From Thainema sp. (GTDB lineage: Bacteria > Cyanobacteriota > Cyanobacteriia > Phormidesmidales > Phormidesmidaceae), in contig JBQLZK010000013.1 of assembly GCA_052168235.1 (NCBI GenBank), positions 1-64,000 on the forward strand: 64,000 nucleotides of DNA. The letters are read 5' to 3'. Made by a program: the position numbers and the translations under genes. Under the pieces are notes generated by a model. That model had not been told where the DNA came from and made no database searches. It was given only the letters and a program-made list of their open reading frames with translations. Numbering within the stretch: the stretch's first letter is position 1; each line of letters starts with the position of its first letter. Of this stretch, positions 27,134 through 36,718 are shown piece by piece.

Positions 27134-28831
27134 ATGACAGCTTCAGATTCTTCTCGGCCTAAACAGATTGTTGGCACCGTCAAAGGGCCAGGTGAAAACG
27201 GCAACCAGTATGTGTTCATCACCGCCGACAACCGCTATGTCAAGATTGGCGAGTTTGTCTACTACGAGGTTGAATCCGTTTCCCTAGAGCTGCGGACGGA
27301 GACGCTGCAAATTCTGGGCAAAATTTCTGGGCGCAAGTTGATTGATCACCTGCCCGATCGCATTTTTGCCGATGCCGAGATTAGTCCCGAAACCATTGCA
27401 GCGCTGGTGGGTTTCGCCTATCCCAATCCCGAAATTTATGAAGTCACCGTCGATGTAATTGGCTACTTCCACCCAGCGCTGGGCTTCATGAACCCGCGTA
27501 AAACCCCCGATCCAGGGTATAAAGTCTTTCTCGCGCCCGACCCGATGCTGCGGCAGATCCTCAACAAGCGGCAGCCAAATGAAGTCGGTGCAGCACACGT
27601 TGGCGCACTGCTGCTGCGGGAAGGGGCAGCGGTGCCGATTGCGCTGGATGTGAAGGAGCTGGTCAGTACCCACATGGCGATTCTGGCCGGGACGGGATCG
27701 GGAAAGTCATACACGGCGGGCGTTTTAGTAGAGGAGCTAATGCTGCCCCACAATCGGGCGGCGGTGCTGATTTTTGATCCGCACGGGGAATATGGCACGC
27801 TGACCGATATGCGCGGGCATCCGGCGTTTACGGCGGACGACGGCTATGCGCCGGAGGTGAAGGTGCTGACGCCGGACGATATTTGCATTCGGTTTTCGTC
27901 GCTGGACTACTATGACGTGCTGACGCTGCTGCCGGAGATGAGTGAGCGGCAGCAGTCGATTTTGAATAAAGCGTTTACGATTCTGAATCGGCACCGCAAG
28001 GGCAACTATCGCTGGGACGTGCAGGATCTCATTGCCGCTGTGTTTGAGGCCGATCGCACTCAGGACGACGAGGGCAACGAGAAAACCGGATCATCAGCTC
28101 CGGCGATTGAGTGGAAGCTGGAGAAATTAGCGCGATCGCAATATTTTCACTCGATGAATCACCTACCGCCCAAGGATCTGTTTGAACCGGGGCAGGTGAC
28201 GGTGCTGCAAATGAACGAAATCAGTCAGGAAGAGCAGCAGGTGATCTGTGCGGCGGTGCTGCGGCAGGCATATCAGGCGCGGATGGATACGCACAAGGAG
28301 AAAATCGAAGCGGGCGACGAGAATTATTTGCCCTATCCTGTGTTCATTCTGCTGGAAGAAGCCCATCGGTTTGCGCCAGCGCGGGAGCCGTCTCGCTGTA
28401 AGGCTGTTTTGCGGACGATCTTAAGTGAAGGGCGGAAATTTGGTTTAGGCGTTGGTTTGATTACCCAGCGACCAGGCAAACTGGATTCCGATGTGCTGTC
28501 CCAGTGTATGAGTCAGTTCCTGATGCGAATCGTTAATCCGGTGGATCAGGAAAGCCTCAAGTACGGGGTTGAAGCCGCAGGGCGGGATTTGCTGAAGGAG
28601 TTACCCGCACTCACCAAAGGCCAGGTGATTATTTCCGGAGCCTGTGTGAATACGCCTGTCCTTTGCAAGGTGCGGCAGCGGCTCACGGTTCACGGTGGTG
28701 AAACCCTGAATGCGCCGGAAATGTGGCAATCTCACTTCCAGCAGCATCGGCAGAAAACGCGCAAGTTGGAGAAAGCCGCGATCGCAAGTCGCAAACGCCC
28801 CGACACCCTCGACGGTATTAGCATTGATTAA
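27134..28831 (+). CDS. HerA-like (DUF87/FtsK-HerA) ATPase with N-terminal HAS-barrel-like region
   Basis: AGTGSGKS, IFDPHGEY, LLEEAHRF, EGRKFG, ITQRP. Confidence 0.88.
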   Translation: MTASDSSRPKQIVGTVKGPGENGNQYVFITADNRYVKIGEFVYYEVESVSLELRTETLQILGKISGRKLIDHLPDRIFADAEISPETIAALVGFAYPNPEIYEVTVDVIGYFHPALGFMNPRKTPDPGYKVFLAPDPMLRQILNKRQPNEVGAAHVGALLLREGAAVPIALDVKELVSTHMAILAGTGSGKSYTAGVLVEELMLPHNRAAVLIFDPHGEYGTLTDMRGHPAFTADDGYAPEVKVLTPDDICIRFSSLDYYDVLTLLPEMSERQQSILNKAFTILNRHRKGNYRWDVQDLIAAVFEADRTQDDEGNEKTGSSAPAIEWKLEKLARSQYFHSMNHLPPKDLFEPGQVTVLQMNEISQEEQQVICAAVLRQAYQARMDTHKEKIEAGDENYLPYPVFILLEEAHRFAPAREPSRCKAVLRTILSEGRKFGLGVGLITQRPGKLDSDVLSQCMSQFLMRIVNPVDQESLKYGVEAAGRDLLKELPALTKGQVIISGACVNTPVLCKVRQRLTVHGGETLNAPEMWQSHFQQHRQKTRKLEKAAIASRKRPDTLDGISID

Positions 28832-28834
28832 TAT

Positions 28835-29533
28835 TTAGAGATCAGCCGGATCAATACCGAGTTCGCGTAATTTTGCAAAAGCGCGATCGCGTTCTTGTTG
28901 AGCTTGGTCACGTTCCTGCTGAGCTTGAGTGCGTTCTTGTTGCGCTTTATTCAGCGCCTCAAAGATCTCATCGGGATCTTTAAACCGTTCACCATTGGGG
29001 TGAAAAATGGCTAAGCCATCGTCAAACAGCTCGAAGCGAATGCCCAGAGTAGGCGAAGTCCAAGGAAAATTGATCGGTGCGATAGATACAAAATCTTCGT
29101 CGGTTGCTGATCGTACTAACCCAAAAAAGTCATGAGATTCTGGATCATAGAAGAACATTTCTAAGACACCATACTCCCGATAGAAGGCTTGTTTCTTGAC
29201 CATTTCCCTAGCGCTGTTGCTGGGCGACAGGATCTCAAAGACAACTTGGGGCGCAATATTATTTTCTTCCCACTGTTTATAGCTGCCGCGATCGCCATCG
29301 GGGCGACCCAAAACGACCATTACATCAGGAGCCTGGGCTGGAACGGGAGGAGCTTCAACTTGAATGGGATACCACAATAAATCTCCGGCGACAAACGCCG
29401 TTTGGTCTTTCAGCAACCGCCTTAGATTGGCAACCAAACGAACAATCCAACGATATTGCAGCGTGTTGTCCGCCATCGGCTGACCGTCAGAATCAGGGTA
29501 TAAAATTTGGGATTCAATGGGTACTTGAACCAT
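28835..29533 (-). CDS. Uma2-family (DUF820) endonuclease-like protein
   Basis: YPDSDGQPMADNT, APDVMVV, VFEILSPSN, coiled-coil tail ending LRELGIDP. Confidence 0.92.
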   Translation of the reverse strand: MVQVPIESQILYPDSDGQPMADNTLQYRWIVRLVANLRRLLKDQTAFVAGDLLWYPIQVEAPPVPAQAPDVMVVLGRPDGDRGSYKQWEENNIAPQVVFEILSPSNSAREMVKKQAFYREYGVLEMFFYDPESHDFFGLVRSATDEDFVSIAPINFPWTSPTLGIRFELFDDGLAIFHPNGERFKDPDEIFEALNKAQQERTQAQQERDQAQQERDRAFAKLRELGIDPADL

Positions 29534-29631
29534 GCAAGTCTCCCTTCAATGGTGTATTGATTGGCGCATTTGGATAGATAGCACCATTGTATCCAGATGA
29601 ATGTGTACAGGCGGAATTGCGATCGCAACAA

Positions 29632-29732
29632 CTCACATCTTGCACCTTGCAAACCAAAGACCCAGAAGGGTGATTTTGCCGCCGCGACGCGGCGGCAAAA
29701 TCACCTCTTCGGGTTTGAGTGCAAGATGTGAG
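29632..29732. mobile_element. Palindromic MITE-like element, family TCACATCTTGCAC (copy 2)
   Basis: TIR CTCACATCTTGCAC / GTGCAAGATGTGAG, perfect central stem GGTGATTTTGCCGCCGC-GAC-GCGGCGGCAAAATCACC, flanked by CAACAA. Confidence 0.8.
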
Positions 29733-29746
29733 CAACAACAAAAACA

Positions 29747-29769
29747 GGGCGAATGCCATTCGCCCCTAC
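29747..29769. repeat. REP-like palindrome
   Basis: GGGCGAATG-C-CATTCGCCC-CTAC (GTAG foot on the minus strand). Confidence 0.6.
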
Positions 29770-29807
29770 AGCCTCAATGCCCTTTATGGCCTTTTACAGC
29801 TCTATTT

Positions 29808-30794
29808 CTACTGGGCCTGCTCTGCCCTCTGCAACGCCAAAGTGCTATTCGCTGCATACTCTGCTACTTTCTGCTGCGCTTCATCATAGCGTTGGTGGCT
29901 AGCTGGCACTTGTGCCATTAAGTCAGACGCTCGCTGCCAGCGAGTCGCTAAATCAAGCCAATCAGAGCGAGTTTGGGCTGCGCTGCCTTCAGCAGCAGCC
30001 TGAATCGCCAACTCTACCGCTAGGGCGAAGGGATCTTCGGTAGTGCTCACGGTCGGAGCCCCGTCACCTTCGGTAGATTCAACAACAGGCTGGGGAGCTG
30101 GGTCGCCACCAAAGCCAAGCCAGTCGCGCATAGCCCAGCCGACAAGTCCCAGTAAGACGATCACACTTACACCACCGACAAGTCCTCGAATAAGTAGCTT
30201 TTTCTTCGATTGATTGCCCGATGGTGGCGCTTGAAAGCGTGATCGCACATGTTGCTGAAACTGCCGATCTTCCCGAATGCGGCGCATCAGACCGGGGCGA
30301 CGCAGGGTAATCGGTTGCGACCACAGGAGCTGACCTTCTGGATCGCGGCGAATTTCTTCCAGCCAGAGCAACTGCTGCTCCCGCACAATGCGGCTATTAA
30401 TCACCACTTGTCGAATATTGCGCGGGCCAATTCCTTCCAAAATTTGCTGGATGCGGTTGACCAGCTTCGAGGGATCAAGCTGTTCGGGCGTTGCCGCCTC
30501 ACACAGCAGTTGCAGGACGCCATCTGCTAAAACAGCGCGCGTCCGCACACCACTCTCCGATAGCTTTTCATTCAGAATCTGAATAATCGCCGCCACGCTG
30601 CCCTGACGAGCCTGGTGATACATGTCGTCAACCAAAACTGACATGTCGGTCTCGTTTTGAGGTTTGGGCATCCCTGATCCGTTCATAGTAGAAACCTGCT
30701 GGTTTGACGCTGCCTTTTGGTTTGACACCATTCCGTATCCACCATCGTTATCGTGTTTACAGTATTGATTCAGGATTTGGCACCCTCTATCCAA
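29808..30794 (-). CDS. Conserved cyanobacterial hypothetical membrane protein
   Basis: QARQGSVAAIIQILN, SRIVREQQLLWLEEI, single TM, C-terminal WQRASDLM motif. Confidence 0.75.
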   Translation of the reverse strand: MDRGCQILNQYCKHDNDGGYGMVSNQKAASNQQVSTMNGSGMPKPQNETDMSVLVDDMYHQARQGSVAAIIQILNEKLSESGVRTRAVLADGVLQLLCEAATPEQLDPSKLVNRIQQILEGIGPRNIRQVVINSRIVREQQLLWLEEIRRDPEGQLLWSQPITLRRPGLMRRIREDRQFQQHVRSRFQAPPSGNQSKKKLLIRGLVGGVSVIVLLGLVGWAMRDWLGFGGDPAPQPVVESTEGDGAPTVSTTEDPFALAVELAIQAAAEGSAAQTRSDWLDLATRWQRASDLMAQVPASHQRYDEAQQKVAEYAANSTLALQRAEQAQ

Positions 30795-31549
30795 TCATTC
30801 AGCAGTACAGTTTGCCATCATCCGAAATACTTGGGTTGAAATTATCGTGTCTTGTTGTTAAGCACACTGAATTTTACTTCTCTTTATATTGTCTCAAATC
30901 ATCACGATTGGGATCAGTGGGTTAAAAATTGAGCCTGTGCTGAGCCGATAGATGGTAGAGCCACAAGATTCAGTAGATGTGACGTAGCGAATCCATTTAT
31001 GTTGCAGCCTCTTAACTTTGCACGGTTGCGTACAGCATTTAAGTAGTCGGGGCAATAGCCTAGTTGTAGTAGATGCTGGATAGCAATTTGGGTAAACGGT
31101 TGAATACCAATGGCGCTCAAGCTTTGGATACTCCTAATACCAGTCCATATGTCACAGTCCATGTGTCGAGGAGATTCCGGTTGAGCGAGTTGAGTTACAA
31201 ATTCAGCCGTTATCTGCTAATTGCGATCGCAGATAATCCCACAATCTGCGAAATGATACTCAAAATCGCATCTGAGTTCCAATCTGAGTTTCAAACGAAA
31301 CGTCAAACGTCACCTTATCTCAAGCAAACATTTAGCCTGTAACCAAGTTTTGTCTCACCATGTACCGCACTGTATCACCGCTATTGCAACGCTCAACCAC
31401 TGCAAAACATAAAAAGTTTCCATTGATCATTCGTTCTGATTGAAAGGCATCAGCAGCCAGCCTAAACATCCACATTCAAAGACTTATTTGTTGATTCTCC
31501 TACTTGGGACATAAATATTGCGAGAGCTAACCTAACCTGTGGAGTAAAT

Positions 31550-31975
31550 ATGTCGAATCTCCTTGTTAATAAGCAGGATGCAAATATGTCTCTAAAGGGA
31601 CGAACAGTTTTAATCGTCGATGGTGATTCCGATTCGATCAAGATACTAGAGTTTTTACTTGAGTCCTATGAGATGCAGGTTCTGACTGCGTCTTATGCAA
31701 CTGAAGCACTAGACCTAATCCAGCAACATGCTGTTGATTTAGTCATTAGTGAACTTGCATTACCTGATGTTGATGGATGTATCTTTCTAAAACAGATTCA
31801 ATCTCTGCCAATGGCAAGTGTTGGTCATCTCAAATCTGTTGCGCTCACAGTTTGTGCGCTAGATAAAGATCGACAAATGGCTTTAGAATCAGGATTTTGT
31901 CAGCATGTTGCTAAGCCCTTTGATCTGGATGAACTTATGCAAATAATCGTGCAGCTACTTGCTGAAGAGTGTTAA
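31550..31975 (+). CDS. Single-domain response regulator (atypical, Glu at the phosphoacceptor position)
   Basis: LIVDGD, DLVISELALPDVDG, ALT, KPFD. Confidence 0.8.
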   Translation: MSNLLVNKQDANMSLKGRTVLIVDGDSDSIKILEFLLESYEMQVLTASYATEALDLIQQHAVDLVISELALPDVDGCIFLKQIQSLPMASVGHLKSVALTVCALDKDRQMALESGFCQHVAKPFDLDELMQIIVQLLAEEC

Positions 31976-32216
31976 AAGTAAAAGGCGGAGAATAGCAACA
32001 ATTGCTCAATCTTTTCGATGAATTTACTGCTATTTAAAACGCTTGATGATCACGATCAGTGATGACATCATTCTTAGGTTAGGGCGTGTAAGAAATTCTG
32101 ACTAACTAAATTGGGATTTCTGATAAGGATACAGAATTAAATCAGTACATTAGGTTTTAGTTTCTGTTCGCTTCAATACACCTAGTTAAGCTAAAGCCGT
32201 TTGCCAAAGGTCTTTC

Positions 32217-32924
32217 ATGAATTCGCTGTTGAATTGGCTCATTGAAGAAACCAACGATGTGCTTGAACCACATCTGAGAGAAGTCAAACTCGAACAAAGC
32301 CAAATCCTGCAGAATTCCGGTGAGACCATCAATCAAGTTTATTTTCCGATTGACTGTTTATTGTCGGTTACAGTGACGATGCAGAACGGTGATACAGCAG
32401 AAGTAGGAACCGTTGGTAATAGAGGGATGCTGGGCGTTGATGCGCTTCTAGGCAATCAAGCAACAGCGAATACTGAACATATCGTGCAAATAGCTGGACA
32501 AGCTGTCACCTTGGGAGCAGATCTATTACGACAAGTATTTGAGCAAAGCCCAAAGGTGCGAAATATTTTGTTGGGTTATGCGCAAGTGTTTTTGAATCAA
32601 GTTTCTCAAACGGCTGCTTGCAACCGTCTACATACGTTAGAGCAGCGATTTGCACGTTGGCTACTGGTGGCCCAAAGCCAAGTTGATTCAAGTTATTTAG
32701 AGTTGACTCAGGCGTTTATTGCGCAGATGCTAGGCGTACGGCGGGCTGGTGTAACGCAGGCCGCTCAAAAACTACAGCTTAACGGTGCAATTCGATATCA
32801 TCATGGTCGAATTCAAATCCTCAATCAGGCAGAGCTACAGCAGTCTGCTTGTGAGTGCTACCAAGTGATGGTGCAGCAGTACGATCGTTCACTGGGGATC
32901 AAAATGAGTCAGCCAAAAGACTGA
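32217..32924 (+). CDS. Crp/Fnr-family transcriptional regulator
   Basis: cNMP-binding-like N-terminus; QTAACNRLH..EQRFARWLL, LTQ.FIA.MLGVRRAGVT HTH. Confidence 0.9.
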   Translation: MNSLLNWLIEETNDVLEPHLREVKLEQSQILQNSGETINQVYFPIDCLLSVTVTMQNGDTAEVGTVGNRGMLGVDALLGNQATANTEHIVQIAGQAVTLGADLLRQVFEQSPKVRNILLGYAQVFLNQVSQTAACNRLHTLEQRFARWLLVAQSQVDSSYLELTQAFIAQMLGVRRAGVTQAAQKLQLNGAIRYHHGRIQILNQAELQQSACECYQVMVQQYDRSLGIKMSQPKD

Positions 32925-33128
32925 TTTTGCAAAAAAAATAATTGATTAATTTATATATTGAAAAATCAAATTATCGCAATAATTATTTCTTCAAGCAGAT
33001 GCAAACTGGAGAAAGTTCGCTGAAGATCTATAAGGAATAAAGCAATTAATAATCAGCTTCTATTCACAAATTTTAATTGAGCGTTGTACATAGTCTGACG
33101 ACTCAATATCTACCGCTAAATTAATAAG

Positions 33129-33539
33129 ATGAACCAAGTCAATAACAAACAGTTGGCCATTTTATTGATCGAACAAGACGATGAAACGCGCCCTCTTTTA
33201 AAGCAAAATCTTCGTACTTTAGGTTATTTAGTAATCAATGAATTAGACGAAATTGGTGCCGTTGAACGTATTCGAGGGAGTCGAATTAAGCCTAATTTGA
33301 TTTTAATTAATCAAATTGAGCAGACGGTTGATGCTTCTCTGAGCATGGGGAGGCGGATTCGACGCGATGCCAATTTACCGGATCATACTCTCATCATTAT
33401 CTATGCTGATGAATTTGGACCAGACTTACAGGGGCAAGATGTTCAAGTTGGCGATTACGAATACGTCACCTATCCCGAAGACGGAGAACAACTGTTTAGC
33501 TTGATTAGCCGCGTGCTTCCTCTGGTGAATGGTGCTTAA
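33129..33539 (+). CDS. Receiver-like (pseudo-receiver) protein
   Basis: ILLIEQDDE, PNLILIN (Asn in place of Asp). Confidence 0.65.
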   Translation: MNQVNNKQLAILLIEQDDETRPLLKQNLRTLGYLVINELDEIGAVERIRGSRIKPNLILINQIEQTVDASLSMGRRIRRDANLPDHTLIIIYADEFGPDLQGQDVQVGDYEYVTYPEDGEQLFSLISRVLPLVNGA

Positions 33540-33792
33540 TTTTGTTTGGCTTAGCTAGTCGCGTGCTTCCTCCAGCGAATGGTGCTTGAGCGACACCGAT
33601 CGCATCTGGTTGCAGCTCGTTGTAGTATCGATAAGTTTATCTGATTAATCCTAGAGAATTGTCTGAACTCTGATTTCGCTGGCTTTGGGTGCTAAATCGC
33701 TAACATTGCCCCGTACAATAGAGTTTGGATTGATTGAATCCATTCATCAATACATACGATTGATTCGCCACTAAGGATTAAGGAGAAAGGTC

Positions 33793-34128
33793 ATGCCACA
33801 GGCCGTTGGATCACTTGAAACCAGGGGGTTTCCACCCGTTCTCGCTGCCGCTGATGCAATGGTCAAAGCTGGGCGCGTGACTTTAGTTGGTTATATTCGA
33901 GCTGGAAGTGCGCGATTCGTGGTCAATATTCGAGGCGATATTTCCGAGGTGAAAGCGGCAATGGCTGCGGGTGTAGAAGCCGCTGAAAAAGCGCATGGCG
34001 GTATTTTGGAGACTTGGGTAATTATTCCTCGTCCGCATGAAAACGTTGTCGCCGTGTTGCCGATTGATTATTCACCGGAAGTAGAAGAATTCCGTCAAGC
34101 GGTTGAAGGCATTACCGTCATTGGCTAG
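33793..34128 (+). CDS. ccmK: Carboxysome shell BMC-H protein, CcmK4/CcmK5-like
   Basis: AADAMVKAGRVTLVGYIRAGSARF, WVIIPRPHENVVAVLPID; AAGGAG RBS. Confidence 0.92.
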   Translation: MPQAVGSLETRGFPPVLAAADAMVKAGRVTLVGYIRAGSARFVVNIRGDISEVKAAMAAGVEAAEKAHGGILETWVIIPRPHENVVAVLPIDYSPEVEEFRQAVEGITVIG

Positions 34129-34174
34129 TTGCAGTCGTTCTCTGAAGAGTAGACCCGCTAGCTGCTGGTTTATT

Positions 34175-34279
34175 TATAGCCTTTCCTGATCTACTGAAGT
34201 ATAAGTTATTTTTTGAAAGCCGCGCTCTGCGCGACTTTCAAAAAATAACCTCCCCTTTATCAGCGCAAGAAGCGCTATA
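34175..34279. mobile_element. 105-bp MITE-like hairpin element (copy A)
   Basis: TATAGC...GCTATA ends, central 21-bp stem; homologous in inverted orientation to 35385-35489. Confidence 0.75.
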
Positions 34280-34282
34280 GAA

Positions 34283-34345
34283 CATTTTGTTACTCCACTA
34301 GAAGGGGTTGTCTTGTTGCTGTGCCGCGACAGGACGACCCCTTCC
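34283..34345. repeat. Degenerate copy of the TCACATCTTGCAC-family hairpin
   Basis: GAAGGGGTTGTCTTGTTGC...GCGACAGGACGACCCCTTC stem. Confidence 0.5.
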
Positions 34346-34468
34346 GGTTTAGGACTTGGCTTCATTGCACAACACTGATTTAGCTTTTACAATCCAGAAT
34401 CGGAGCTTATCCAGTTTTTGGTTACCCAAACCTAGTTTTCACTGCGTACAGCTTGCGCGTTTACAGTT

Positions 34469-35389
34469 TTGCCCGATCTGCCGCTGGTTTATCATCCGAA
34501 CTACGTGACGCCCTTACCGGAGGGGCATCGGTTTCCAATGGCAAAGTTCGGCCTGCTGCGCGATCGCATTTTGCAAGACCAAGTCGCCCATGCCAACCAG
34601 TTTCATCAGCCAAAGTTACCGTCTACAGACTGGCTAGAGCTGGTGCATCTACCGGAATACGTGCGCGATTACTGTGAGGGCACGCTGGATGTAAAGGCGC
34701 AGCGGCGGATTGGTCTGCCCTGGAGTCCGGGTTTGGTATCGCGTACCTGCACCGCAGTGGGCGGCACGATTCTGACGGCGCAGTTAGCGATGCAGTATGG
34801 CCTTGCCTGCAATACGGCTGGTGGAACCCATCATGCCTTTCCGGCTTTTGGGTCTGGGTTTTGTATTTTTAACGATCTTGCGATCGCAAGTCGGGTGCTG
34901 CAACAGCAGGGCTTGGCCCAGAAAATCCTGATCGTGGATTTAGACGTGCATCAAGGAGATGGCACGGCCCACATTTTTCAAGATGACGACAGCGTGTTCA
35001 CCTTTTCGATGCATTGTGAAGCTAACTTTCCGGGCCGCAAGCAGCAGAGTAATCTGGATGTGCCGCTGCCGATTGGCACTGAAGATGATGAATATCTGCG
35101 CATTCTGGCCAATTACCTACCGGACTTGCTGACCGAGGTGCAGCCGGATTTAGTTTTTTACGATGCAGGTGTTGATCCGCATTTGTGCGATCGCTTAGGT
35201 AAACTGGCGCTGACCGATACGGGGCTTTTTCGGCGCGAGATGCAGGTGCTGAGTACTTGTGTAGCCGCAGGATATCCGGTTGCTTGCGTAATCGGTGGCG
35301 GCTACGGCGACAAAATGGAAGATTTGGTTTACCGACATTCTTTACTGCACCGCGCTGCCAGCGATGTCTACCGTCACCATCGCTTATAG
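34469..35389 (+). CDS. Histone deacetylase-family protein
   Basis: HRFPM, GGTHHA, GFCIFND, DLDVHQGDGT, YDAGVD, IGGGY. Confidence 0.93.
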   Translation: MPDLPLVYHPNYVTPLPEGHRFPMAKFGLLRDRILQDQVAHANQFHQPKLPSTDWLELVHLPEYVRDYCEGTLDVKAQRRIGLPWSPGLVSRTCTAVGGTILTAQLAMQYGLACNTAGGTHHAFPAFGSGFCIFNDLAIASRVLQQQGLAQKILIVDLDVHQGDGTAHIFQDDDSVFTFSMHCEANFPGRKQQSNLDVPLPIGTEDDEYLRILANYLPDLLTEVQPDLVFYDAGVDPHLCDRLGKLALTDTGLFRREMQVLSTCVAAGYPVACVIGGGYGDKMEDLVYRHSLLHRAASDVYRHHRL

Positions 35390-35489
35390 CACTTCTTACG
35401 CTGATAAAGGGGAAGTTGTGTTTTGGCAGCCGCGCGCCGCGCGGCTGCCAAAACACAACTTGTACCTCAGTATCTCACGAAAGGCTATA
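35385..35489. mobile_element. 105-bp MITE-like hairpin element (copy B, inverted)
   Basis: Reverse complement aligns with 34175-34279; perfect stem GTTGTGTTTTGGCAGCCGCGC-GCC-GCGCGGCTGCCAAAACACAAC. Confidence 0.75.
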
Positions 35490-35496
35490 TAGTTTT

Positions 35497-35799
35497 ATGA
35501 TTTTAGAAGTTGCTGTGCTCAATATTATTCTTGAGCATTGTGAAGAATTTGAAGTGGCTTTTGAAAAAGCCCAATTGATTATTTCATCAATGAACGGATA
35601 TATTTCCCATGAACTGCATCGCTGTATTGAAAACGGAAATCGATACCTATTATTGGTTAATTGGGAAAAACTAGACGATCACACTCAGGGATTTAGGAAG
35701 TCTCCTGAATATCAAGAATGGAAAGCATTATTACATCATTTCTATGATCCATTTCCTGAGGTAGAGCATTATGAAATATGCAAGAGTAGCCAACAATAA
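35497..35799 (+). CDS. Antibiotic biosynthesis monooxygenase (ABM) family protein
   Basis: MILEVAVL...YLLLVNWE.L.DH..GFRKS.EYQEWK.LLHHFYDPFP.VEHY. Confidence 0.85.
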   Translation: MILEVAVLNIILEHCEEFEVAFEKAQLIISSMNGYISHELHRCIENGNRYLLLVNWEKLDDHTQGFRKSPEYQEWKALLHHFYDPFPEVEHYEICKSSQQ

Positions 35800-36049
35800 G
35801 CCGTTATCGAAGAAAGAGTTTATCCAGAAATTGGCACAGCGTATGGCGGTTGACGAAAAGGAAGCGGCTCGATGGCTAGAGGGAACAACCGATACCTTCT
35901 ATGACGTATTTGAGCAGAACAGAGGCGTTACCCTAACTGGATTTGGCAGTTTTTATCTAGAGCGCAGGGGTAATTCCTGTGCATTCAAGTTTAATCCCAG
36001 TCAAAAACTGAGAAAATTATTGGGATGGTCATCCAGTTACAAGGGATGA
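35771..36049 (+). CDS. HU/IHF-family DNA-binding protein (short variant)
   Basis: KKEFI..LA, VTLTGFGSF, FKFNPSQKLR; start uncertain. Confidence 0.75.
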   Translation: MKYARVANNKPLSKKEFIQKLAQRMAVDEKEAARWLEGTTDTFYDVFEQNRGVTLTGFGSFYLERRGNSCAFKFNPSQKLRKLLGWSSSYKG

Positions 36050-36093
36050 TGAGTAGAGTTTGCCAAATAATATCAAGCGATCGCCAGCAATTC

Positions 36094-36588
36094 ATGTACA
36101 TTCGTGTCTCTAAAATCTTGCTCATGCTGTCTGTGTCATTCTTGCTCACGGCGATTGTGTTCAATAACCTGACAGATTACGGGTCAAATTTTCAATATGT
36201 GGCTCATATTATGAGCATGGATACTATCTTTCCAGATAGCGCATTAGCTTGGCGAGCAATTACTTCTACGGCTCTGCATCATGCAGCTTATATTGCACTT
36301 ATACTCGTTGAAACTGTTACAGCAATTTTATGTTGGTGGGGCACAGTTCAGCTTTACCAAACGCGGCGCGATGCAAAAGCATTTAATCAGGCTAAAGGAA
36401 TTGCGGTTTTAGGACTAACCGCAGGAATTTTTCTCTGGTTCACCGGATTTATGACAATTGGTGGGGAATGGTTTGCTATGTGGCAGTCTGAGATCTGGAA
36501 CGCTCAACAGCCCGCTTTTCGCTTCATCATGCTGTTGGGATTCGTGCTCATCTTTTTGACGATGAAGGATGACGAATCGTTGTCTTAG
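36094..36588 (+). CDS. DUF2165-family membrane protein
   Basis: NNLTDY.SN..YV.H..SMDT, WRAIT, GGEWF.MWQS..WN.Q. Confidence 0.85.
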   Translation: MYIRVSKILLMLSVSFLLTAIVFNNLTDYGSNFQYVAHIMSMDTIFPDSALAWRAITSTALHHAAYIALILVETVTAILCWWGTVQLYQTRRDAKAFNQAKGIAVLGLTAGIFLWFTGFMTIGGEWFAMWQSEIWNAQQPAFRFIMLLGFVLIFLTMKDDESLS

Positions 36589-36621
36589 TCACACTTTCTA
36601 GACTACTGAAAATAACTGATT

Positions 36622-36718
36622 TTACATCCTGAATTAAATCTAGAAGGATAATTTGTCGTCGCAACGCAGTAGCAAATTATTCTTCTAGGCTCTGGATTTG
36701 TAAGGTGCAAGACATAAG
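36622..36718. mobile_element. Degenerate copy of the TCACATCTTGCAC-family element
   Basis: CTAGAAGGATAATTTG...CAAATTATTCTTCTAG stem and a GGTGCAAGACATAAG end. Confidence 0.55.

Noticed and set aside
30914..31342. Overlapping 82-89 aa ORFs in the intergenic region
   Set aside because: No motifs and no clear RBS; likely non-coding.
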